NCBI GenBank assembly: GCA_012295275.1
Contig: CM022679.1
Coordinates: 13,454,001 to 13,518,000 of the forward strand
Source: Chrysomallon squamiferum
Taxonomy: Eukaryota > Animalia > Mollusca
DNA: 64,000 nt
Direction: 5' to 3'
The position numbers were made by a program, and so were the translations under genes. This document shows positions 27,341 to 40,600 of the stretch, in pieces; position 1 is the first letter of the stretch; each line of letters opens with the position of its first letter. The notes under the pieces were generated by a model. It did not search any database and had not been told where the DNA came from. It worked only from the letters and a program-made list of their open reading frames with translations.

Positions 27341-30300
27341 GCACGTACAACTTACGTTTTTCTTCTTCTTCTTTTACTTTGTCTCGTCTTCGTCTTCGTC
27401 TTATAAAGGGAATCAATGTAAAACACAAAAGTTGTTTTTTCCCTTTAACTCTTAAAAACATACTTAGATGAGGAATGATAAAAAAAAAAAAAAATGCGTA
27501 CATAAACGTAAATACATACAAGTACATCCAGACATATGTACATAATACACGCACATATACATCTAAATGGTGATTATAAGTAGTAAAAAAAAACCCCCAA
27601 AACCAACACCTAATATTAAACTCTCTTTGTTAGGAAATCAAGTTCTCAATATTCAGAATAAAAAAAATGAAAACTTGAAGATTAATATGAAATACTATAA
27701 TATTACGAGCTTTGTGTTTCACTAAACCCATGAAAACAAACAAACAAACAAACAAAAACAAAAAAATAAAAAAATAAAAAAATAAAAAAAAAAAATTAAT
27801 AAATAAAAATTAAATAAATAAATGAAATACTTGCAGGCGATCAGTGCAGACCAATGATATGCTCCTGCTACATGAACGGGGTTTACTACGACGAGGGGGA
27901 CGAATGGAATGACCCCGAAGACCCGTGTATTAGATACAGATGTTTGCAGAATGGATTTTACAAACCCATTCAAACTGGTAACCTGTTATAATTTCATACC
28001 TCTTCATTTTCCTTTCTTTCTTTCCTTTTTTTTTTGTTTTGTTTGACACATTTTATTTTTTTTTTTTTCTTTTTTCTTTCTTTCTTTTATTTTAGTTAAT
28101 TAATTAAATAATTATTTTTGTATTTACTTATTTATTTACTTTATTTATTTACTTACTTTCTTTCTTACTTATTTATATACTTTCTGTATTAATTAATTAA
28201 TTCAATGATTTATTTATTATAATTATTTAATTAATTAATTTACCTTATTTATTAATTAATTACATTATTTATTTATTTTTTTATTATTTTTTAACATTTA
28301 TAATTGGTACTTAATTTAACGTTTCTAATTAAATATATGTTTTCAATGACAGGTTGCAATTTCAAAGGTGTGTGTAAGAAACACAATGAAACTTGGTCTG
28401 AGGGATGCTTTACTTATCACTGTGAGAAGAAAAAGGGAGACTGGAGATATACTCTGATACAACCAGGTAGCTTTTAAATAAAATACTCAAATTTACTATC
28501 ATTCCGTAACAGACACACACGGACGCTCGCACCTACACACATATACATGTACACATATGCGCGCACACACGCACGAACACACACATACATGCCTATAAAA
28601 GCACGCACACAGACACATTCCTACACATATATACATACAAACATACACACGCATATATACTAATGTATATATAGAAACACATATCTAGACATATATGTAC
28701 ACACACACACACACACATGCACACATACATATAGTACATGTACAAAAATGTGTATATAAATACAAATACATTTTGTTTTTGAGACTGATCTTTATATTCA
28801 CAAAATATAGTACATACACAAAAATGTATATATAAATACAAATACATTTTGTTTTTGAGACTGATCTTTATATTCACAAAATCGTATCAGCTAATCGTTA
28901 TTGTTGAACAGTAGAATCATTTTCTTCATTACAAAAACAAAAATGTTTCAGTTCTTTTATATAATATAAATAATAAGAAACAGAGACGTTTTCATTTCAC
29001 ATTAAAAATTCAAGACTAAATAAAAACGTGAAATAACATTATCTATTAAGTAAGAGAAATATAATTTTGTTCTAATACCTGTAATAAATACGAAATAAAA
29101 TAACTGAAACTGAAACTGATCTATATATATACTGAACACATGAAAAATGTTTCACTTTCCTTAACATTTTTGTTCAGTATATTTAAAATACACTGTGTTC
29201 CGCAGGTTGTGCAACTCGTAAAGGTGACTGTCTGCAGGTTGGGGAGAGGTACGTGGAGCTGTGTGACACGTACGAGTGTCAGATAGTTGGTTCCTGCTAT
29301 ACTTTAGTAAAAGTGAAATCAGGTAAGTGTGCGTAAACTGAGTTCTGCATGCGTCCATGTGCTTGTTATTTGTCAACCAATTAACTAGAATACGTCCAGG
29401 TGATCGTTATTTGTCAACCAATAATCTAAAATACGTTCCGCTTACGTCCAAGTGCTTGTTATTTGTCAACAAATAATCTAAAATACGTTCCGCATACGTT
29501 CAAGTGCTTGTTATTTTTCAACAAATAATCTAAAATACGTTCTGCATACATCCAAGTGCTTGTTATTTGTCAACAAATAATCTAAAATACGTTCCGCATA
29601 CGTCCAAGTGCTTGTTGTTTGTCAACAAATAATCTAAAATACGTTCCGCATACGTCCAAGTGTTTGTTATTTATCAACATACAATCTAAAATCCATCGAA
29701 GTGGTTGTTAATTATCAATAAATAATCTAAAACACGTTCTGCATACGTCCAAGTGCTTGTTATTTGTCAACAAATAATCTAAAATACGTTCCGCATACGT
29801 CCAAGTGCTTGTTATTTGTCAACAAATAATCTAAAATACGTTCTGCATACATCCAAGTGCTTGTTATTTGTCAACAAATAATCTAAAATACGTTCCGCAT
29901 ACGTCCAAGTGTTTGTTATTTATCAACATACAATCTAAAATCCATCGAAGTGGTTGTTAATTGTCAACAAATAATCCAAAACACGACCAAATGATTGTTA
30001 TTTATCAAGAAATAATCTAAAATACGTTCTCCATACATCTAAGTTCTTGTTATTTGTCAACAAATAACCTAAAATACGTCCAAGAGATTGTTATTTGTCA
30101 ACAAATTATCTAAAATACGTCTGCATAAAAGTACGTCAAAAAATACCTTCTGCATTGTCCAATTTTGTTATTTGTCAACATGCAATCTAAAATACCTTCT
30201 GCATACGTCCAAGTGTTTGTTATTTGTCAACATGCAATCTAAAATACCTTCTGCATACGTCCAAGTGTTTGTTATTTGTCAACATGCAATCTAAAATACC

Positions 30301-32573
30301 TTCTGCATACGTCCAAGTGTTTGTTATTTGTCAACATGCAATCTAAAATACCTTCTGCATACGTCCAAGTGTTTGTTATTTGTCAACATGCAATCTAAAA
30401 TACCTTCTGCATACGTCCAAGTGTTTGTTATTTGTCAACATGCAATCTAAAATACCTTCTGCATACGTCCAAGTGTTTGTTATTTGTCAACATGCAATCT
30501 AAAATACCTTCTGCATACGTCCAAGTGTTTGTTATTTGTCAACATGTCCAAGTGTTTGTTATTTGTCAACATGCAATCTAAAATACCTTCTGCATACGTC
30601 CAAGTGTTTGTTATTTGTCAACATCCAGTTTAAAATACCTTCTGCATACGTCCAAGTGTTTGTTATTAGTCAACATACAATCTAAAATACGTTCTGAATA
30701 CGTCCAAGTGTTTGTTATTAGTCAACATGCAATCTAAAATATGTTCTGAATACGTCCAAGTGTTTGTTATTAGTCAACATGCAATCTAAAATATGTTCTG
30801 AATACGTCCAAGTGCTTATTAGTTGCCAACAGATTATCTAAAATATATCGAAGTGCTTGTTAATTGTCAACAAATAATCTATAAACGTTCTGCACACGTC
30901 CAAGTTCTTGCTTTATTTGTTACGGTCACCAGCCTTTGGTAATAATAAAGTATGATGATAACATAACAAGCACGTGAGAATGCATGTCGGCTAAATATTC
31001 CGGTTGTTTCGTCACGTCATTTCGTTCAGAGATACTGCGTCTTTCCAGTGATATTTCTACAAACGAAATGATGTCACGAAAACATAGGGAATGTTAACCT
31101 ACGCGCATCTTCATAAAACTGTTATTGTGTAATCATAAAACAATACACAGATTTATAAATAAGTTCAATCTTAATACATTGAAAATATTCCGATAGATCA
31201 AATTATAATATGCATATACCTGTTGTATTCTGCATCAAAAGTAAATCAGATTTATTTGAAGTTTTTTTTTTTTTTTTTTTTTTTCAGTCTCTAGTGTTTT
31301 AAATATCTGAATTGTAAACTGTTGTCACTGTTTATGTATTTTAAGGGTGCAAAGCAAAGAACGACGTCTGCATGCCTGTTTACAGCTTCTGGCACGACGA
31401 ATGCGCTGTCTATCAGTGTAAACTGGACAAAGGAAAAAGCAAATCAATAATACAAACTCACTCTCATGGTAAAAAAAACCCCCAAAACAACAACAAAAAC
31501 AACAAACAAAAAAAAAACCCAAACGAAAATCAGTTTTAAAAATTACACCATCCATATTTTAGTAGCTATAATTATGTTTGTTTGTTAGTATATTTTAGTT
31601 TACTTGACATTCAGTATCAAATGTTATTTTAATTTTTTTTATTTTATTTATCATACTATACGGTACGATACCATATGATAAGAAACTACACGATAATATA
31701 CGATTCCTTGCTGTCTATTCTATGCTACTCTACACTGCATTACATGACACTAAACATTATTACACTATATTAAACTATACTGTGCTATGCTTCACTACAC
31801 TGTACTACACTATACTGTACTATGCTATGCTATACTATACTAAGCTATACTGTACTATACCATACTATACTGTATTACACTATACTATTCTTAGAAAAAA
31901 AAAATATTTTAATATTTATTTTTCTTCTTCTTTTTTTCTTTTATTATTTTCTTTTCTTTTATTTTTATTGAATTTTTCATTTATAATTTATTTATAATTA
32001 TTTTTAATGTTACGTCATGTAAATAGTATGAGATTTTTTTTTTTTTAATTGAAAACGTCACATCTTTTTTCTTTCTTTTCACGTCAGACGTCATGGTTTG
32101 GCCGAGAGGCGAGTACGCGCTTTTGGAAACTGTCCACGGCTGCCCTACGCTTTACGAGCAGTTCTGGAAAGAGGGATTCCACGAACACTGGGGCGATGGT
32201 CACAATGACTATTCTTACGAATACGATTTAAAGGGAAACAAAAGTGAATTAATGATGCAACATTACTTCTGCGTGCACGACGAGCTCAACGACACTGGTT
32301 TGATTCCTGTCTACCAGACGTACTGGGAAGAAGGAAAGTACTGCATTTTGGCCTACAATGGAACATGCCCTAAAGGTAACCTTTTTGTTGTTGTTGTTGT
32401 TGTTTTTTTTTTTTTTTTATTTTTGTTTCTTTGTTTGAACACAGGGCCCAGTAAAGCTATATATTTTGTAACTATACATGAACGCTTTGTCTGTTGTTCA
32501 TGGTACTTCAAACACTAGTATAAAATTGAACCTAGAAGTCAAAGCCATGGAAATTATTTGAAATGTGACGCTG

Positions 32574-32641
<68 letters not shown>

Positions 32642-34363
32642 AATAAATAAATAAATAAAAATTATAATATAAAAATTAACCTTTTGTATCTAACCCTGTT
32701 GACAGAAATAAAAATGTATACTTTATTAATAAATAATGTATTTGATTCTTGATTCTGTTCATGATTAATCAACTTGGTCTCTTTGTTGTTTGCTGCTATA
32801 GCCAATGTATTGTGACTGGTTTTTCAATATAATGTTTTCCCGCCTATGGGATGGTGCACCTATATAACCCCTGACTGCAAAGAGCAGTTAATGGAGTTTT
32901 CACTATCACATAATCATTACAGCTTTGACTGTAGTTTTATCTATTTATAGTTTAGTTTAGTTTTGTTTAGTTTAGTTCAGTTTATTTATTTATTATTTAT
33001 TTTAAAAAACAAAGCAAACAAACAAAAAAATATATGCGTATATGTATATATATATTTTATATATTGTGTACTTGTATCTCTATCTATATGAATGTATATA
33101 TTTATTTATTTATTATTAATGCTTTTTATTATTATTATTATTTTTAATAATAATTAAACACTTTGTAGAAGATATAGTAATATTTTGACCATAAGCCTTT
33201 ATTATTATTACTACTATATGTATTTGTTAGATTATTTATTTACTTATTTGTTTATTTTTTATTTGTTTATGTTATGAAAAATCTGTGAAGCCACGTGAAA
33301 TAATGTATAACCAAATGTTTTATTCAATAACAAACTGTATACATAACCATTATGCTTGTTAGACAAATCCACAATCGGAAACATATGGTGTAAATCAGTA
33401 TATGCTTGAAGTTCACGTCGATCACGTTTCTATAAAACTACATTCATATTTGGCAAGTCATTGTGTTAGCGTCTCAAAAAAAAACAAAAACAGAAAGATA
33501 GAAGAAAAAAGAACAGAAAGAAGGAATTTAAAGAAATGATGATGATCATGATAAATAAATAAATAAATTAATTAATAATAATAATAATCATATTAATATC
33601 TAAGTCTCATAATTCTAAATTGTTTTATTCGTTTCTTTAACCGTCAATTTTTAATTAATAATAATAATACAAAATATATATATAAAAAAATAGAAATTGG
33701 TGCATAGAATACAGTTTAAAAATATCTGGAAGCCGCCATGTTTTTTTTTTTTTTTTTTTTAAATAAAGATGTTCTTGCGCACAATGCGGACACATTTTCT
33801 TTCAGTGTTGCAGAGTTATCAATCCGCCATGTACGCGATTATCTGACCATTTTTTATTATAATTTATTTATTTATTTATTTTATTACTGTTGTTGTTATT
33901 ATAATTATTAATATTATAATATAAGTAACCCTTTAAAAGTATAGTAATATATATAAATAAAATAAACTTAAATATGTTTGACAAATAAGTGTTAATAATA
34001 AAACAATTAAAAAAGATATAAATAAATAAATAAGTAAATAAGTAAATAAATAATACAATATATAAAATTGAAGGTTTCCAAGAGGGGATGGTCATAATGG
34101 CGGATGAATCGAAAAATGAAACTAACACGACGTGGGGCACGCTACCTGATGGTGTTTTCAACAACCTTACGACAACTCTCTACTTCTGCTGTCGTTATGA
34201 TGGTGAAATCAAAAAACCAATAGTTCTGCCTTCCCGACATCCTTTTGCATTATTCATGGCGGCCAATGAAAGCAAATGCCAAGAAGTCAGAGGTAAAAAA
34301 AGATTATGTTTTTACTTGAAAATTCATATTTTATTTATTTGATTTGATTTGATTTGATCTGAT

Positions 34364-34394
<31 letters not shown>

Positions 34395-35974
34395 TTATTA
34401 TTATTATTTGATGACAATTTTGATTATATCTAATAACAGCAGCAACAACAACAACAACAACAACATCTATACAGTTTTATGGGCATACATTTATAATCGT
34501 ATAATAATTATACCTATTATTAGCTTCATTCTCATCCATTTTAATAAATATCAGCATCATTATCAGTAACATCCTTTTAATAATTGTTTTGTTTTTAATC
34601 ACTTCAAAAATAATTCAACTTTCAGGAATGACCTACAAAATAGAATTCTTCAGCCATGACGACCTCAACAACGGCACTTTGAGAGAGCTGCATGGTGCTC
34701 TGCCTTCCATCAAAACTGCAGACGACAACACACTTATATACGTCTGTTACTACTCGCCTGTTATGTGTGGTGTGTAGCCTCTCTCAAAGCTATTCATTTT
34801 TAATTTTTTAATGATATAACTATTTTGCAGTTTGTTACAAAAATTAATTTTAAGTTTAGGTATAATGACAGTATATCAAGAAACAAATAAAGAAGCATAA
34901 AAATAAATAAATAAATAAATAATTTTTTCAAACTATAAATGACATCAGATAAGCCTTTACTCCCATGCATTTTAAACTTACAGTCAGTTTATGAATATAT
35001 ATTAAGGAATTCAAATTATTTTTTATTTTTTATTTTTATTTTTATAAGGATGTGTCAATGGCGATGAAAATTTTGTAGCAGTCAATGACATCATTGAAAA
35101 GTCATGTGTCAAGTACCAGTGTTTTGAAATGAATTTTCGACCAGAGTTCATTATACTTGAAGGAGGTTAGTATAATTATTCAGTAGTTAAAGAATACACG
35201 CAAGCTTCAGAAGCAATAGTCCATAGGATCAATTCTACTCAGTCCTTCTATGGATCTATTTTCCATTTTAGCCAGTTCCCCATGACTGGTTTTTAAAAGG
35301 TAGTGGTTATGTATTTTCCAGTTTATGGGAGAATACGTAGCAAAACAATTCCTTGGCAAGCATAATGGTGGCAACAGGTTTTGTTTCTAATATCATCAGG
35401 AAAAAACCCATAATAAAATAAAATAAACTTGATTATGTTTGACACTTAATAACTGTTAATAATAAAATCATTTGAAAAAGATATAAATAAATAAATAAAT
35501 AAAACAATAAATAAAACAATAAATAAATAATAATAATAAAAATAATCATCATTCATTCATTCATTTGTAACTAACTGTTACTGCGCCGACAACGCCAACA
35601 AAGATGATGAAACGGGTAATTACACAAAAAAGATGATGATGATGATGATGATGATGATTATCAACAAAAACAATGCTAGAAACAAAAATTTATAATAATT
35701 ATAACAGGGCTGATTATGACGGTAGGGGTGATGGTGGTAAACCATTATGTTTTAAGCATATATTTCCAGGTTGTAAAATTGAGGGCAAAGATCAGTGTGT
35801 GGCTGAAAATGAAACATGGGTGGAGAAACATGGTGAGGCTTGCTTTACCAAGCAGTGTGTACGTCATACAGACAATACAACCGGTCACGTCTCATTTGTG
35901 GTGATCACCATCCTTAAAGGTAACTGTTTCTTTTCATTAGTGATGTTGCTGCCATTAGTACTTCAACTACAATG

Positions 35975-36008
<34 letters not shown>

Positions 36009-37577
36009 TTTCTATTAATATTATTACTGTGACTGCTATTACTATGATGTCGATGACAACTTATTCCTTTTACTGCTACTACCATTACTATTACAGCTAT
36101 GACAGTCACTGCTATTTCTACTATGATGGCTATGACTACTATTCCTATTGCTGCTAATATCATTATTACCACAACTACAATGAAGATGTCTACTATATTG
36201 TTATTCCTATTACTGCTACTATCATCATTACAATTTCCTGTTATTCCTGCTTTTGTTATTAATGATATTACTACTATTACTAGTATTATAATCACTTTTA
36301 CTACAACTATTGTTGTTGTTGTTTTGTTCTTTTACTTCATACTGCTATTACTACTATTGCTAATTCTACTGCAGCTACTACTGCTAATGTTACTACTAAC
36401 ACTATTACTGCTATTACTGCTACTGCTAGTAATAATATGCTTTTTTTATTTTATTCAGAATGTCGCGATGGAGAATACTGTCGACCTTTGACCTACACAA
36501 AAACTCATGGTTGTTACAGTGCTCAGTGTCAGGAGAGCAACATCACTGGAGAAATAGCATTTGAGGTGACAGAGGCAGGTGTGTGTATAACAGTATTATC
36601 ATACTACATACATACACACACACCATTGGTCTCCCGAAGGGATGGAGGGAATCAGCATAACTGGTGCAAGTTAAACGAAGGGATGGTACAGAATATTTTT
36701 AGGGTACAAGAACTTTGAACAAAGTTCAAATTACTTGTATGTCAAAAATACTCCTATAAATAATTGCATCAAATGCATTAACAATTAACTAGTTTATTTC
36801 ATTTGCAATTAAATAAAATCAAAATGTCTGTTTAATTTATTATACAAAATGAAGTTCATTAAATAAATGTGTGGCAGATATTGCTGTTGTTACCAATGAA
36901 TGGCAGACAAACTTGTTACAGCATGTAGCAAGACCTCTACATACATACATACATACATACATAAAAACCCCACCATTTCTTTGAAACAACAACATTAGCT
37001 TACAGTTACATAATGTGTCAATAAAAATGAAAGGCACCTTTTGTGTTGATTCATTTTTTGTACTGACATTTAAAAGTCCAATATTTGCAACTGATTGTTA
37101 CTTAATATTGCGTAACTGTGAAACTTCAACAACAAGTAATCTTTTCGCCAAACATCTATATTTTCTCATCTTGACAGTGCAGTCAAAATAAAATAGATTG
37201 CTACCGACACCCATGAAATGTTCTTTTGAAAATTATTATTAGTTCTATGGTATGTTTATCATATTTAATACTAGGAGTTAGAGGGTTAAGTACTAAATGC
37301 TTTACTATGCTAAACATGGTGTAACAAAAACAAATAATAATAATAACAATAAAAAAACACACAATAACAACAGCAATGATAACAAATAACAAAGCGGTTC
37401 AAACATTTATTATTATTAGCAATAAAAAACTTGAACTACATAACAGTGGAAGAATTATCACAAACAAACTTCAAGGATTAAAATTATATTTAAAATGATA
37501 AAACAGTATGGATTTAACATTCATTTTACACTAACATCCAACCATTTACATGTATTTTGTATTTTTATTTTTATTTA

Positions 37578-37620
<43 letters not shown>

Positions 37621-40600
37621 TATTTATTTTATTTTATTTTGCTAATTTGGCAAATAAATGATCTAACAAAACTTATAATTATATCTAAACTCTTGTTACG
37701 ACACTGAAGTGATCCAACTCGTTCTCATGATGTAACGTGAGTTATGTCTGGTCTAAACTGACTGTAGTGTGTCATTCATGTTATCTTCTTTGAGTATAAT
37801 GGACATTTAAATACAATTCTAGGAAAAAAGTCACAATTTTTTAAATTAAAATTAAGAAATATATTAGAAATGAAAGATAAATGAAAAACAGGCTCTTTGA
37901 TTTTAATGTTGGTGGTTTAGGCAGATGTTCCTCCCAAGAACCACAAAGAAATCCTGCCACACTCTTGCAGCTGGACATAGAGTTGATGAATCTGGCATAG
38001 AGGTGGGTTGGCAACCACATCCTGCTGGATGATGGTGCCCACTGTTGCCAGCTCACATAGAAACCATTCAGTAATTCACCAGGTTGTGGATGGTAGTAGC
38101 CCACAAGGTTGAAGAACATATTGTTCCAACCTTCACACAAATTAATAAATTAATACAATGAATATTGTTCATGGTGGTGCAGTGAATGTTCCACAGGATA
38201 GGAGCAAACAAAATAAGCCTATGAGTTATTTAATACCCAAGGATAGTTTGGCAGGGATTTAATCTGGTCTGTTTCTCTGGTATTTGATGATATCATTGTA
38301 CAGAATTAATTTGGATCCAAAGAAAATCTCTCTCCATGTTTGTGTAGAATTCATGTACACTCTTACAGTGAACCCTCGACATAATTATTACTGAAGCATA
38401 CATTACATACTGATAAAATGAATATTAATATGTCCATAATATATTACACATATACCATAAACAAAACTAATATGTCTACAATAATTAAATATGTTAATAC
38501 TAAGTTAATTCTACTGTTGTTCTATCAGCTTGCAGTGATGGTTATGGACACTGTATTGAAGTAGGGAAAACCATCAAGAAAGGATGTATGGAACTGAAGT
38601 GTATCAGGGAAATTTCTAAATGTGCCCTTGTTCCATTTAAAGGAGGTGGGTATTTTTATTTATATAATTACCTCTCATTAAAAATAATAATAATAAAAAA
38701 TCAAAACCTAGTTATCTGTACTTGTGAAGAAGAAACAGAAGAAAAAACAAGTATTTTTTTTTGGTATGGTTTGTTACACTATTTTAAAAGTGAAATTTGT
38801 GTATTCTCTATTATTTGTTTTCTAATTCTGCATAAATTAGTTACATTCATTATAAATGATTAATCTTATACTAAATAAGTCAGACATTTTATCTAGAACA
38901 ACAGTAGTATATCAGTTGTATTAGAACATGTACATAATAATTTCATTTTCTATCGTATTTACAACAGTAGTATATTAATTGTGTTAGAACATGTACATAA
39001 TAATGTGAGTGTCATAATGATGTGACCTTATTTTCGTTTTGTATTGTATTTACCTTTGTTTATATATTTTACCATTGGTATTCGACATTGTTTACATATG
39101 TAATTTTGCATATTTGGTTCATTAACTAAATAAATGTACTGCACATACTCAGTATTCATGTACATTATAAAACAATCTTAAACAAGTAACTCAGACACAT
39201 TATTTAGAATAACAGTCAAAATCATACTTCTAAACTCCTTTAATATCATGCATTACATACTCTGTATCAAATGGTGATGTCATTCACATGACTAAGTTTC
39301 TTTATCTTTTGAATTTCATAAATGCTATTCATCTTGCATGTCTTTTTCACAAAAATCTATTAGATTAAGTAAGCAGTCTGATATTTGACATTGTTTACAC
39401 ATGTAATTTTGCACTTTTTTTTCGTTAACTAAATAATTGTACTACACATTCAGTATTCATGTATTGGGTTGAGGAATAAGTCACTGCAATTCATAATTGA
39501 ATCAAATCTTGTTCCATTTCATTCAAAAACTTGTTGATTATTGGAAAGAGGTGGTAAAAACAACGGAGAATATATTATTGATTAAATTACATCTTGTTAT
39601 CAATTAAGCTTAAATTTTCTTCTATGTAATGATTATATTTAATTTAACCACAGTGACTTAACTCCTGAACTCCTGGTGACATCATCTACCTGATTAAACT
39701 TCTTTATCTTTTGACTTTTACAAATATTATTCATCTGGCATGATGGATTTTTTTACAATAATCTGACCTGTAAAATAATCTATTAAATTAAGAGTCTGAT
39801 ATAAAAACATGATATCGAAGCAATCATAAAATAAAAAGAAAAGTAATTATAAAAGGATTTTTATTTTTATGTGGCTTCTTACACTATTAAAACCAAAAAC
39901 TAAACTACAATAAGCACAACCTTAAATGATTAAAATAAAATTAAATTAAATTAAATTAAATTAAACAAACAAACAAACAAATAAATTAAAACACAAAAAT
40001 ATAAATAAATAAATAAATAAATAAATATAAAATAACATAAAATAAAATAAAATAAAATGAAATATATTAAAAAAAGGCAAAAAAAAAGAAAAATCAATTA
40101 TTTATACACCATTGCAGCCATCAACCCTTCTTTATCTTCAGCTGGATTCATTGTTTTCAGTTCATTTGGAAGACCAGATCCATTTGGATTACATTTGTTC
40201 TTACTATGTTTGATATTACCATCATCAATAGTAATGGTCTTGTCAGCAGTCTTTCTGTTTCTGTTTCTGGAATTCTGTCCAACAGGATGATCTTCATCTG
40301 TTTCACTTATTTCCTGACTCAACACACTTCCAGAACTTCTTCTGTAGTGTTGTCTATTAGCATCAACATCCTCTCCTTCTTTTTCATCACTGCTGCAGTG
40401 GATGTTCCCGTTGGGAACTGCCTGACACAAAGGTGTTGTATCTGTGTCCCCAGCTCCATCTCCTGCCTCTGTCTGTGATTCAGCACACATGTTCTGCAAC
40501 ACCATCTTGTTCTCTAGAAAAATTAAAACTTAATATACTCATATCTTTTATTAGTCACTTGTGTAACTCCATGAGAAAAAATAAATAAACAACCAAATAA

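Noticed and set aside
29360-30910. Regular arrays (also 52851-53556, 27037-27197) as CRISPR-like
   Set aside because: Head-to-tail units with no unique spacers, eukaryotic intronic context, no cas genes
35963-36457. Poly-T/L/I ORFs resembling mucin or TM segments (also 52551-52739, 60684-60981)
   Set aside because: Intronic trinucleotide repeats next to real exons
37178-37216. Acceptor followed by CSQNKIDCYRHP, a possible extra module exon
   Set aside because: Wrong phase and an early stop; no suitable donor
40098-40513. TRAF-binding motif or death domain in the receptor tail
   Set aside because: No clear match to PxQxT, (P/S/A/T)x(Q/E)E or a helical death domain; not claimed
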